From the NCBI GenBank assembly GCA_964518565.1, contig CAZFGX010000001.1, positions 734,568 through 798,567 on the forward strand: a stretch of DNA of 64,000 nucleotides, in the 5' to 3' direction. Below are positions 28,740 to 37,558 of this stretch, one piece after another; the first letter of the stretch is position 1; each line of letters starts with the position of its first letter. The translations under genes and the position numbers were made by a program. The notes under the pieces were generated by a model, which was given only the letters and a program-made list of their open reading frames with translations, searched no databases and was not told the DNA's origin. This stretch comes from an uncultured Gammaproteobacteria bacterium (GTDB lineage: Bacteria; Patescibacteriota; Microgenomatia; CAZETR01; Amesbacteraceae).

Positions 28740-29273
28740 TTACTTCATTACTTTTGGAAGAATAATAAAACCAGCTTTTTCATATATAGGAACTGGAAAA
28801 TGTCTAGCATTTGAAGATAAAATAAACGTTTGACCGACGGATGATTTCAAATGAGCTCCCAAATAAAGATCCTCAGGTTCTGGATGGCAATTAACTTCGT
28901 GTAGCTGTCGCTGAAGATCAAGAGCCTTTTCGTTAATCATTCTTTCTTGGTGACCAACATTTACAAATTTATGCCTGTCTAAAAAACCCTGCCTTCTTAC
29001 CCGTTGAGCCAAATCACTCCCTCGAAGAATCTCTAAATAGATAGGTAAAATTAAACAAGGAATAGCCCCTAAACTTGTAATAGCGGTCATTTCTTCATCA
29101 GCCTGAAAATCCACAAAAGAATTAATAGTACACGCATCAAAAAAAATGTGACTAATTTTCAGTTTATCCAACTTGATATCGACCCATCTAATTTGAGGTT
29201 TTGGATTCATATTCAACGAGAAGTTGCTCCAATTTTTTATGGAATTCATCAGAAAAATTTCTTGTAATTTCAA
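28740..29273 (-). CDS. PIN-domain (VapC-like) ribonuclease candidate
   Basis: Acidic residues placed like PIN motifs: IFFDACTINSF, ADEEMTAI, EDLYLGAHLKS (D-x-l-I-A-A-like), FILSSNARHF (T/S-x-N/D). The true start may be an internal Met. Confidence 0.4.
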   Translation of the reverse strand: MKLQEIFLMNSIKNWSNFSLNMNPKPQIRWVDIKLDKLKISHIFFDACTINSFVDFQADEEMTAITSLGAIPCLILPIYLEILRGSDLAQRVRRQGFLDRHKFVNVGHQERMINEKALDLQRQLHEVNCHPEPEDLYLGAHLKSSVGQTFILSSNARHFPVPIYEKAGFIILPKVMK

Positions 29274-29532
29274 CTTTATGGTTCTCTTTTTGCCATTTAT
29301 TCTGCTCAGAGGCCAAAAATGTTGAAAGAATGTTAAAAAAGTTTTCTGCTGCTTTTGGATTATCAGCCATCATTTGATAACCTTGGTTTGATAAAAGAAA
29401 CTTTTGAATTTGATCTGCCAATTTACGAGGATCACTTGTAGATACTATTTGCTCAAACTTAATACGAGGAATAGAAGAATTTAATATTTGAAAAAGATCA
29501 ATCACAAAAAAAGTATACCATGCGAATCCCAT
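29188..29532 (-). CDS. Hypothetical 115-aa protein immediately upstream of and overlapping the PIN-like gene (possible partner or antitoxin)
   Basis: Start re-set to the ATG at 29532 (MGFAWYTFF...). The longer track ORF (to 29706) would read through the rho-independent terminator at 29535-29563. Confidence 0.35.
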   Translation of the reverse strand: MGFAWYTFFVIDLFQILNSSIPRIKFEQIVSTSDPRKLADQIQKFLLSNQGYQMMADNPKAAENFFNILSTFLASEQNKWQKENHKVEITRNFSDEFHKKLEQLLVEYESKTSN

Positions 29533-29534
29533 AC

Positions 29535-29563
29535 AAAAACCCCGCCTTTCAGCGGGGTTTTTT
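29535..29563. terminator. Bidirectional rho-independent terminator
   Basis: AAAAA-CCCCGC-CTTTCA-GCGGGG-TTTTTT. GC stem flanked by an A-run and a T-run, 19 nt downstream of the minus-strand gene ending at 29582. Confidence 0.8.
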
Positions 29564-29581
29564 AAAAGATACAAACAAAAC

Positions 29582-29926
29582 TTAGTTTTGTTTACTCTTT
29601 TTGAAACAGTCACCACAAAGAACTGGTCGACCTTCCTTAGGCTGAAAATTGACGGTGTCTTGTTTACCACAATTACTACACGTGATTGTGTACTGTTGAC
29701 CACCACCAGATCTCATTTCAGTCTTTTTCTTTGCCCGACAATCGGGACAACGACTTGGAGGGTTAGTAAAACCTTTTTCTTGATAGAACTGTTGTTCACC
29801 TGCGGTCCATGTGAATGTGTTTCCGCAGTCTTTACATGTGAGGGTTTGATCTTGCACGTATATCACCGCCTTCTGGCTTGAATTCCCGTTGGTCTTGTAT
29901 CTCCTGGGAATAAATGCCAGAAGCAA
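29582..29926 (-). CDS. Double zinc-ribbon protein (zf-trcl-type CxxC...CxxC repeats)
   Basis: TCKDCGNTFTWTAGEQQFYQEKGFTNPPSRCPDCR and TCSNCGKQDTVNFQPKEGRPVLCGDCF. The N-terminal ~25 aa of the track ORF may not be translated. Confidence 0.55.
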   Translation of the reverse strand: MLLAFIPRRYKTNGNSSQKAVIYVQDQTLTCKDCGNTFTWTAGEQQFYQEKGFTNPPSRCPDCRAKKKTEMRSGGGQQYTITCSNCGKQDTVNFQPKEGRPVLCGDCFKKSKQN

Positions 29927-29960
29927 AGGATACCTGGGTTATACCCTATATTATAGCACG

Positions 29961-31088
29961 TCAGTGCTTCCCAAGAAACTGCAGAGGACTTTGATGCTTC
30001 CCAGTCAGACGAATTTCAAAGTGTAAATGAGGTCCTGTAGACCGTCCAGTGGAACCTTCTAGACCTACTCTATCGCCTCGTTTCACAGTCTGACCTACCA
30101 CCACATCAATTCGTGACAAATGTGCGTACCAGGTCTGGTAACCATTACCATGATCAATCACCACCCGATTTCCATATCCAGAATTATCTGGCCAGCCAGC
30201 CACAGCCACACGTCCAGCATCAGCTGCAAGCACTGGAGTACCAATACCAGTCGCAATATCTATTCCCCGGTGATACCAAGAAAATCCTTGGGTAATCACC
30301 CCTGACATTGGCCACGCAAATGAACCAGAACCAGACACCGAACCAGCGTTTGGTGTCAACTGGGCCAAATTTCGCGTAGGTGACCACTTCACCTCATCTG
30401 GCTTTTCCCCCTCTGGGACGATCAAATCCTGACCGACGGCCAAAGCAAAAGTTTCATTATCCGCAAAAGTGTTAAAAGGAAAATCGACAATTGCCTGAGA
30501 ATTGGCCCCATATTTTTTAGCAATCGTATAAATTGTCTCTCCACGACCCACGACATGACGAATACCGGTTACCGGCAAAATTTTCAATACTTGACCAGGT
30601 TTGATCGCATGAATACTCGATAAATTATTTTCCCACCGGATAGTATCGACCGAAATATCAAACTTATCTGCAATAGTCGACAGGGTATCTCCATCTTGAA
30701 TCTTATATTCCAAAACCTTGTCTCGCACCTTGTCCGACACCACAGTTCTGGTCGTATCATCACTAACTTCCATTACCGACTCTCCCAACACGCCTCCTGG
30801 TACGACTGCCGCATCTGCACCTGGAAAGGAACTCGCCAACACTGGCGCCAATGTCACAGACAAGGCTACAATTCCACCCATAGCAGTATGCACAAAAGGC
30901 CGAGAAAACCTTCCCCGTTGTCGATATAACCCTCGAGCCAAAAACTTTTTTACCCCTTCAAAACCAGAAAACAATCGATAGCTATGTGCAAAAAGTAGCC
31001 TCCACCAAGCTTGGAAAAACAGTCGAAAATCAGCTCTCAACCCACGGAAAAACCGTTTCATGAACCCAACCATAACATACAAAAACAA
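29961..31088 (-). CDS. Membrane-anchored peptidoglycan hydrolase with two LysM domains and an M23 (LytM) metallopeptidase domain
   Basis: LysM: YKIQDGDTLSTIADKF and VVGRGETIYTIAKKYG. M23: HRGIDIA...DHGNGYQTWYAHL...GSTGRSTGPHLHFEI. Confidence 0.8.
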   Translation of the reverse strand: MFLYVMVGFMKRFFRGLRADFRLFFQAWWRLLFAHSYRLFSGFEGVKKFLARGLYRQRGRFSRPFVHTAMGGIVALSVTLAPVLASSFPGADAAVVPGGVLGESVMEVSDDTTRTVVSDKVRDKVLEYKIQDGDTLSTIADKFDISVDTIRWENNLSSIHAIKPGQVLKILPVTGIRHVVGRGETIYTIAKKYGANSQAIVDFPFNTFADNETFALAVGQDLIVPEGEKPDEVKWSPTRNLAQLTPNAGSVSGSGSFAWPMSGVITQGFSWYHRGIDIATGIGTPVLAADAGRVAVAGWPDNSGYGNRVVIDHGNGYQTWYAHLSRIDVVVGQTVKRGDRVGLEGSTGRSTGPHLHFEIRLTGKHQSPLQFLGKH

Positions 31089-32267
31089 TCAGCGCAAAAT
31101 CGCCTGCTCAAAGGCTCTTTTATCCGATCGCTCTATCTCACGCTCCCCGATACGTTGTGTTTGTTCATGTCCCATACCAGTCGCCACCACAATATCGCCC
31201 TTTTTAGCCAGTTTCACCGCTCGCAAAATCGCCACATCCCTATCATCTTCTCGTTCAATACGTGCCATGTCTACCCCTCGCGTCATGTCGGCAAAAATCT
31301 TATCCAACGGTTCATCGTATGCATCATCGCTAGTAATTATTACTTTGTCGGCCAATTTAACAGCTATCGATGTCATAACTGGTCGTTTTGCAAAATCCCG
31401 CCTACCTGTACAACCAAACACTAAAATAATCTTGCCTTTCTTTACCTCCATTCTCAAACTACCTAGCAGTTGTTCCAACGCCTGAGGCGTATGAGCAAAA
31501 TCCACAATCGTTCGTATACCTAAAGAGTTTTTTATTTCCTCTCGCCTACCTGGCACCCCCACAAATGTCTTCACAACACGCGAGATCACTTCAGAATCTA
31601 CCCCCAACAACTCCGCCACTTTGGCAGCTGCCGAAATATTGTACCGATTGTAATCTCCTCCTAATGTCTGACTTATCGCTGTTCCCACAAACGGTCCATA
31701 CTCCACAATCTTTGCCTGCAAAATTCTTGTTCGAAACCAATCAAACCACGCATCGTCTTTATTCAAAACTGCAAAACGTACACCAGCAAACAAACGTAAT
31801 TTCGCCGAAGCATATCGCTCCATTGTCTTGTGGTAATCCAAATGTTCGTGTGCCAAATTGGTCCACACACCAATCAAAAAATTACACCCCCATACCCGAT
31901 ATTGATCCAATGCATGAGATGTAGTTTCTACCACGACCACCTCTACGCCTTGATTCAACATAGTAGCCAACACTCGTTGCAAAATAGCTGCCCCTGGAGT
32001 CGTCGCATGTAATACATTTGGCAAAATGACCTCTTTACCCTTGTGCCAAAATTTAGTCTCCACAGTAGTGATCATCCCCACAGACTGCCCTGCCGCTTTT
32101 AACATTTCATAGATCAAAAACGAGGTAGTAGTTTTACCATCAGTACCTGTCACACCAATCGTTTTCAGTTTTTGAGCTGGAAATCTGTAGTACACAACCC
32201 AAAAAACTGCTTCAAAAAAATGCCAAATATTTTTTAATTGTTGCATATTCATATTAATTATACCCAT
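31089..32267 (-). CDS. murE: Mur ligase, MurE-like (UDP-MurNAc-L-Ala-D-Glu: diamino-acid ligase), lacking the usual N-terminal domain
   Basis: IGVTGTDGKTTTSFLIYEML P-loop. VVVETTSHALDQYRV...WTNLAHEHLDYHKTMERYASAKLRLF. Start set at MGIINMNMQQ after the SD GGGAGGTAATA. The track start at 32315 would translate through the 23-bp palindrome. Confidence 0.75.
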   Translation of the reverse strand: MGIINMNMQQLKNIWHFFEAVFWVVYYRFPAQKLKTIGVTGTDGKTTTSFLIYEMLKAAGQSVGMITTVETKFWHKGKEVILPNVLHATTPGAAILQRVLATMLNQGVEVVVVETTSHALDQYRVWGCNFLIGVWTNLAHEHLDYHKTMERYASAKLRLFAGVRFAVLNKDDAWFDWFRTRILQAKIVEYGPFVGTAISQTLGGDYNRYNISAAAKVAELLGVDSEVISRVVKTFVGVPGRREEIKNSLGIRTIVDFAHTPQALEQLLGSLRMEVKKGKIILVFGCTGRRDFAKRPVMTSIAVKLADKVIITSDDAYDEPLDKIFADMTRGVDMARIEREDDRDVAILRAVKLAKKGDIVVATGMGHEQTQRIGEREIERSDKRAFEQAILR

Positions 32268-32679
32268 TATTACCTCCCTGAACGTCCCTCCTTTGTAAGG
32301 AGGGACTAAACGCAATAATTTGTAGTTTTATTTCTTGAACACAATTCTGAAGGTGTATAAAAATCTGTGAGTTGGCAAACCGAAGTATCGTAATACCATA
32401 TTCATTCAATGTCCTCGTTCTATAGACATCAAAATCTTTTTGTGATAAATGAATATCGCCATCTACTTCCAAACCCAATTTAATTTCAGGACAATAAAAA
32501 TCCATAATATAAGTTCCAAAACTATATTGACGGCGAAACTTCACTCCCAATTTTTTTCTACGAATCTCCTCCCACAAAACCTGTTCTGCAGCTGTCGCAT
32601 TGTTACGCAGCTTTCGTCGAGTCTCGGTAAGAAACTGCTTATTTTTTAAATATGTCACAACAATAAATATATCTACCAT
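32254..32679 (-). CDS. DUF559 / Vsr-like (very-short-patch-repair endonuclease fold) protein
   Basis: LTETRRKLRNNATAAEQVLWEEIRRKKLGVKFRRQYSFGTYIMDFYCPEIKLGLEVDGDIH...ILRFANSQI is the DUF559 signature. Start set at MVDIF, 7 nt after the SD AAGGAGG supplied by the upstream palindrome. Confidence 0.6.
   Translation of the reverse strand: MVDIFIVVTYLKNKQFLTETRRKLRNNATAAEQVLWEEIRRKKLGVKFRRQYSFGTYIMDFYCPEIKLGLEVDGDIHLSQKDFDVYRTRTLNEYGITILRFANSQIFIHLQNCVQEIKLQIIAFSPSLQRRDVQGGNNGYN
32284..32306. repeat. Perfect 23-bp palindrome GTCCCTCCTT-TGT-AAGGAGGGAC (left inverted repeat of the DUF559 insertion)
   Basis: 10-bp arms and a 3-nt loop. Exact inverted partner at 32682-32704. Confidence 0.85.
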
Positions 32680-32681
32680 AC

Positions 32682-32704
32682 GTCCCTCCTTACAAAGGAG
32701 GGAC
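32682..32704. repeat. Perfect 23-bp palindrome GTCCCTCCTT-ACA-AAGGAGGGAC (right inverted repeat of the DUF559 insertion)
   Basis: Identical arms to 32284-32306 with the loop reverse-complemented. Contains the SD for the DUF559 gene on the minus strand. Confidence 0.85.
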
Positions 32705-32716
32705 AAATAGGGAGGT

Positions 32717-33751
32717 TTACAAAAACGCCAACCACATACCAAATACAGCCACAATTACTCCCGCCAGCCATGCTCTAGCTACAATTTTCGGCTCTTCCCA
32801 ACCAACGAGTTGCAACCAATGATGAATAGGCGCAATTGGGAAAATACGTTTCTTCATAAATTTTTTCGAAAACAACTGCAACAAACTACTTCCACCTTCC
32901 AACAAAAAAATACTTCCCACCAACAACAAAGCTACAATCTTTCCCGACAACAAGCCCACAACTGCCAATGTAGCTCCAAAAGCCAACCCTCCCATATTTC
33001 CTAACATAATTCTCGCCGGATATACATTGAAATACAAAAACGCCAGCAATGTCCCCATCCAAATCGAAATAAATACCACCAAAACACTATCTAGATTAGC
33101 CACTGATACTATCCAAAACGCCAACAAACAAATAAACAACAGTCCACACGATAATCCATCCAATCCGTCAGTAATATCAAATCCATTGGCAAACGCCACA
33201 ATTAAAAATGCCGCCAGGAAAAAATACCCCACTCCCAAATGCACCATTCCTAAAAACGGAATATGGATAAATGAGATTTGTAATACCCAAGTCAAAATAG
33301 CAGCCACGATAATCGCAATTATCCATTGCACGATTAATTTATGCCGCATTCTCAATCCAAAAAATCCCGTCTTGGCAAAACCCACAATTTTAATTACATC
33401 ATCATAAAATCCTAAAGCCGCATACCCGCCAAAAGTCAACAAAATTACCAACACCTCATGTTCAAATTTATAACCAGGCAAAAAGCTAGGATTCGTATGA
33501 GCAAACAAAAATACAACCAAGGACATGACAATCACCACCAACGCCAACAAAATACCTCCACCAGTAGGCACACCAGCTTTGACCGCGTGCATTTTTCGAA
33601 TATCATAAAACGCCTTTGTTGCGCTTGCCCGTTTTTCTTCCACTTCAGTTTTACGAGTGAATTTCAGCTTATATAGCAAGCCAATAAACGGAATCATCAG
33701 AGCCGAAGTAGTACCAAATGCCAACAGCAAGAGCCCTAAATAGAACCGCAT
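32717..33751 (-). CDS. mraY: Phospho-N-acetylmuramoyl-pentapeptide transferase
   Basis: About 10 TM helices. NVYPARIMLGNMGGLAFGATLA motif of the MraY/WecA family. Lies among Mur ligase genes. Confidence 0.85.
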   Translation of the reverse strand: MRFYLGLLLLAFGTTSALMIPFIGLLYKLKFTRKTEVEEKRASATKAFYDIRKMHAVKAGVPTGGGILLALVVIVMSLVVFLFAHTNPSFLPGYKFEHEVLVILLTFGGYAALGFYDDVIKIVGFAKTGFFGLRMRHKLIVQWIIAIIVAAILTWVLQISFIHIPFLGMVHLGVGYFFLAAFLIVAFANGFDITDGLDGLSCGLLFICLLAFWIVSVANLDSVLVVFISIWMGTLLAFLYFNVYPARIMLGNMGGLAFGATLAVVGLLSGKIVALLLVGSIFLLEGGSSLLQLFSKKFMKKRIFPIAPIHHWLQLVGWEEPKIVARAWLAGVIVAVFGMWLAFL

Positions 33752-33771
33752 AGGAGTATTATACTTAAGTC

Positions 33772-35055
33772 ATGTTACGTGTGCACTTTTTAGGTATTGG
33801 TGGCTCAGGTATGTCTGCGGTCGCTCAGATTGCCCATGCGTATGGCTATCAGGTATCAGGATGTGACAAAAACCCCGATACACCATACATCGCCAAAGTC
33901 AAAGCCGCAGGAATAAAAATCTATCCTTCTCACGACCCAAGCCATATCGAAAATATTGACCTGTTAGCTATTACCCCAGCTGCCCTATTTCAGACCAATC
34001 CAGACCCAGAGCTGGCCGCAGGCCAAAAAAAAGGCATTGTCATGAAATGGCAACAATTTTTAGGTGAACACCTCCATCAAGGCAAAAAATTGATTTGCAT
34101 TGCCGGTACTCACGGTAAATCTACTACCACTGCTCTTGCAGGCCAATTACTCATCGATGCCAAACTAGATCCCACCGTCGAAGTCGGTGCTACAGTCAAA
34201 ATCTGGGAAAACAATGTTCGCATAGGGCAAGGCGATTGGTTTATCTCTGAAGCTGACGAATATCATGACAATTTTGCCTCGTATCACCCCGACATTCTCA
34301 TTCTCAACAATATCGAAATGGATCATCCCGAATATTTTAAAACTCAAGACAATCTTCTCGCTCACTTCCAACGTTTAATTGATCGCAGTAAACAAATAAT
34401 TTTCAATACCGACTCACCACTTATTCACCAGCTCAAATTACCTGCTTCAGCCATTGCCTACAGTTCATCTGAATTCCCTACAGACATAGCGTTATCAATT
34501 CCTGGAACACACAACAAAGCCAACGCCATGGGCATTATCAAGCTCGCCTCTCTATTAAGCATTCCTTCACCAACCATAAAACAAACTCTCCAAAATTTCA
34601 ACGGCCTTCATCGCAGAATTGAACTTATAGGGGAGTCGCCGCAAGGTATTCGCGTCTATGACGATTATGCCAATCATCCAACAGCTTTTTCCGCCACTCT
34701 GTCCGGGGTCAAAGAATTAAATCCTCATAGCAAAATTTTTGCCATCATCGAACCTCACACCTTTAGCCGTCTTCGAGCTGTCTTAGCCGACCTTCCTGCT
34801 TCAATAACTCAAGCAGATGAAATTATTGTCTCAAAAATTTATGCTTCTCGAGAAACCGACCCGGGCGATTTTAGTGGCCAAGATATCGTCACCGCCATGC
34901 ATCATCCTCACGCCCAATATATTCCCGAATTTACAAATATAGTTTCTTATATAACTTCTCATGCCAAGTCTAACGACACCATACTCGTGATGGGCTCTGG
35001 CAACTCTTACAAGCTCGCCCAAGATATTCTCGCCTCACTTGCTCATCCACGCTAA
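33772..35055 (+). CDS. murC: UDP-N-acetylmuramate-L-alanine ligase
   Basis: VHFLGIGGSGMSAVAQIAHAYGYQVSGCD N-terminal signature. Mur ligase P-loop IAGTHGKSTTTAL. Confidence 0.85.
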   Translation: MLRVHFLGIGGSGMSAVAQIAHAYGYQVSGCDKNPDTPYIAKVKAAGIKIYPSHDPSHIENIDLLAITPAALFQTNPDPELAAGQKKGIVMKWQQFLGEHLHQGKKLICIAGTHGKSTTTALAGQLLIDAKLDPTVEVGATVKIWENNVRIGQGDWFISEADEYHDNFASYHPDILILNNIEMDHPEYFKTQDNLLAHFQRLIDRSKQIIFNTDSPLIHQLKLPASAIAYSSSEFPTDIALSIPGTHNKANAMGIIKLASLLSIPSPTIKQTLQNFNGLHRRIELIGESPQGIRVYDDYANHPTAFSATLSGVKELNPHSKIFAIIEPHTFSRLRAVLADLPASITQADEIIVSKIYASRETDPGDFSGQDIVTAMHHPHAQYIPEFTNIVSYITSHAKSNDTILVMGSGNSYKLAQDILASLAHPR

Positions 35056-35064
35056 AATAGATAC

Positions 35065-35874
35065 GTGCAAACACTCACCGCACCCCATCAAAATTTTGAA
35101 ATCACCAAACATATCGACGAATCAGGATTTGAATACTGGACAGCACGAGAATTGATGGAATTATTGGGCTATTCTAAATGGTCCAACTTCAAAAAAATTA
35201 TCGAAAAAGCAATCATATCCTGTAGCAAGTCTGGTCAAAAAATTTCTGATCATTTTCCCGAAACCAGCAAAAAGATAATAATCGCAACAGGTACGTCTAA
35301 ACAAACAAGTCGGGATATCCAGGACTACAAATTGTCCCGTTATGCCTGTTATCTTATAGCCCAAAACGGTGATCCAAACAAAGCCCCAATCGCCGTGGCT
35401 CAGACATATTTTGCCCTTCAAACTCGCCGCCAAGAACTCTTCCAAAGTTTAAACGAAGACGAACGCCGACTATTCATTAGAAATGAAGTCAAAAAACAAA
35501 ATAAAAAACTCTTTAGCACTGCCAAAAAAGCCGGTGTCAAAGACTTTGCCGCCTTCAATAATTTTGGCTATCTTGGTCTCTACAACCAACCCTTAGAAAA
35601 AATTAAATCTTCCAAAAACATAGGTGAAGATGACATTCTGGATCGCGCCGGGTCTACAGAACTAGCAGCCAATCTATTTCGTATCACCCAAGCTGAAGAA
35701 AAAATCAAAAACGAGCATCTACACGGACAAGGAAAGGCCAATATTGCCCATTTTGTTGTCGGTAAACAAGTGCGTAAATCTATTGAAGAAATTGGCGGCA
35801 CCATGCCAGAAAATCTGCCTCCTCAGCCCCATATCGCCAAACTCAAACCCAAATCCCAAAAACTTCTCAAATGA
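35065..35874 (+). CDS. dinD: DNA-damage-inducible protein D (DinD)-family protein with an N-terminal Bro-N/KilA-N-like domain
   Basis: FEYWTARELMELLGY...LSRYACYLIAQNGDPNKAPIAVAQTYFALQTRRQEL...GSTELAANLFRITQ matches my recollection of the DinD family signature. 269 aa. Confidence 0.65.
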   Translation: MQTLTAPHQNFEITKHIDESGFEYWTARELMELLGYSKWSNFKKIIEKAIISCSKSGQKISDHFPETSKKIIIATGTSKQTSRDIQDYKLSRYACYLIAQNGDPNKAPIAVAQTYFALQTRRQELFQSLNEDERRLFIRNEVKKQNKKLFSTAKKAGVKDFAAFNNFGYLGLYNQPLEKIKSSKNIGEDDILDRAGSTELAANLFRITQAEEKIKNEHLHGQGKANIAHFVVGKQVRKSIEEIGGTMPENLPPQPHIAKLKPKSQKLLK

Positions 35875-35963
35875 TACGACTCAAACGTATTTTTTATATA
35901 TGCATCAGCCCACTCAGAAAATTATATTGGTTTGTGTTCCGACCCCATACACGAGGTGCCAAA

Positions 35964-36383
35964 ATGCTTATTGAATACAATGGCCAACTACTTCTAGTCA
36001 GAAACACTTACGGCAAAAAACTCTGGACCTTTCCTGGCGGGGGAGTAAACAAAAATGAATCCTTTTACGCTGCTGCCATTCGCGAAGCAAGAGAAGAAGT
36101 CGGTATACACATCAAAAAAGCTGATTATATCGGCACCTACACCAACACGCTGCAATACAAAATAGATACTGTGGAATGTTTTTACACCAAAGTGAGCTCA
36201 CCAGATTTCGCCATCGACCCCGGCGAAATTCTCGAAGCCCGTTGGGTCAAGCCAGATCAAATTCCCAAGCCGGCTACAGCTCGCATGACGCTCATTTTGC
36301 CCATGCGTGAAAACTATATCAAACTACATCACCAACCTAAGGATAATACGATATTTTTAAACTGCTCTCCCCGATCTTTATAA
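35964..36383 (+). CDS. NUDIX hydrolase
   Basis: Nudix box GGGVNKNESFYAAAIREAREEVGI (G-x5-E-x7-REuxEExGu). Start placed at MLIEYNGQLL. Confidence 0.7.
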   Translation: MLIEYNGQLLLVRNTYGKKLWTFPGGGVNKNESFYAAAIREAREEVGIHIKKADYIGTYTNTLQYKIDTVECFYTKVSSPDFAIDPGEILEARWVKPDQIPKPATARMTLILPMRENYIKLHHQPKDNTIFLNCSPRSL

Positions 36384-37558
36384 TTTTTAAACATGTCAAA
36401 ACTGGCACATGCCGGCGACAAAATCACCACATCTCCAGACACTGCCACGTCCTTTGCTTGTTGCACAATTTCTGTCATTGTTTTGGCTCCTTCAATAATT
36501 TTTACCCCCTCACCTATCGATTGTTTTATTTTTTCCGCCATCAGTCCAATCAATATCACCGCTTTAATATTTTTTGTTTCAGTAATTACCCTACCCAATT
36601 CCACATAATCTGAACCTTTGTCACTTCCACCCAATATTACTATCTCTGGCTCAGAAAAAGCCTGTACAGCAGCAATTGCTGTCTCAGGCGTCGTAGAAAA
36701 TGAATCATTGTAATATGTCACCCCATCTACTACCCCCACTTCTTCCAACCGATGTTCCAACCCACGAAATTCTTTGGCCACTGCCAAAATAGTTTCTTCA
36801 TTCACTCCCACGGCTCTTGCTGCAGCTGCCGCCGCAGCCAAATTTTCTTTATTATGTGCACCTCTCAGTCTTGTCTTCCCTTTCCACAAATCTCTTTGCA
36901 CACCAACTTTCAACCCCGCTCCCATCTGGCCTATGATCACACTATTGGGATACAGTTCGTTAAATATCGACACATCTCCATTACCTTGATACTTCGTAAT
37001 ATTTGCCTTTGCCATCACATATTCGTCTGGATCCTTGTGCCAATCTTGATGTTCAGATGTTACCATCAATGTCACCGCAATCTGAGGCGAACGATGCAAG
37101 TCAATCAACTGAAAGCTCGACAACTCCAATACCACCCACGAGTCACCCGTCAATTTCGGTAAAAAATCAAATACCCCCTTACCAATATTTCCACCCAAAT
37201 ACACATCCTTTCCGCCTGACTTCAACATCTCATATATAAGCGTACTAGTCGTTCCCTTTCCCTTTGTTCCAGTCACACCAACAATCTTTGCCGGACACTC
37301 ATCAAAAAATATTTTTGTTTTTGACGTCACGGTCACTCCTGCTTTCTCTGCCGCAATCAATTCCGGCCGATATCGATAAATCCCCGGGCTACGAACCAAC
37401 ACGTCATAGGAATTTAGATTAGCGAATGCCTGCGGATTTTCTTTTTCATCCAAAATGGTTATCCATGCCCCTTGTTGTCTCAACCACGGTTCCACATCTT
37501 GGCTATCCACCCCCCACCCCAAAATCGCCACTTTTTTATTTGTAAAAGTTATTGCCAT
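36329..37558 (-). CDS. murD: UDP-N-acetylmuramoylalanine-D-glutamate ligase
   Basis: KVAILGWGVDSQ N-terminal Rossmann motif. IVGVTGTKGKGTTSTLIYEML P-loop. Confidence 0.85.
   Translation of the reverse strand: MAITFTNKKVAILGWGVDSQDVEPWLRQQGAWITILDEKENPQAFANLNSYDVLVRSPGIYRYRPELIAAEKAGVTVTSKTKIFFDECPAKIVGVTGTKGKGTTSTLIYEMLKSGGKDVYLGGNIGKGVFDFLPKLTGDSWVVLELSSFQLIDLHRSPQIAVTLMVTSEHQDWHKDPDEYVMAKANITKYQGNGDVSIFNELYPNSVIIGQMGAGLKVGVQRDLWKGKTRLRGAHNKENLAAAAAAARAVGVNEETILAVAKEFRGLEHRLEEVGVVDGVTYYNDSFSTTPETAIAAVQAFSEPEIVILGGSDKGSDYVELGRVITETKNIKAVILIGLMAEKIKQSIGEGVKIIEGAKTMTEIVQQAKDVAVSGDVVILSPACASFDMFKNYKDRGEQFKNIVLSLGW

Noticed and set aside
29533-29706. N-terminal 58 codons of the 172-aa ORF 29188..29706
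   Set aside because: This stretch reads straight through the CCCCGC-CTTTCA-GCGGGG-T6 terminator hairpin (encoding PAERRGF). The ATG immediately after the hairpin gives a sensible independent start.
32268-32315. Extended N-terminus of MurE (MRLVPPYKGGTFREVI...)
   Set aside because: These residues are translated from the 23-bp palindrome and its flank. A strong SD (GGGAGG) precedes the internal Met at 32267.
32284-32704. Possible CRISPR repeat or array from the 23-nt palindromes
   Set aside because: There are only two copies, in inverted orientation and 375 nt apart, with a protein-coding gene between them. There is no regular spacer pattern and no cas genes.
9123-36383. Calling an intact prophage or integrative element (excisionase-type HTH, RAYT-like gene, DinD/Bro-N-like gene, PIN-like pair)
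   Set aside because: The pieces are dispersed over 27 kb and separated by core genes. No integrase, terminase, capsid or portal genes are present and no att-like direct repeats flank the tRNAs. They are better described as scattered mobile-element remnants.
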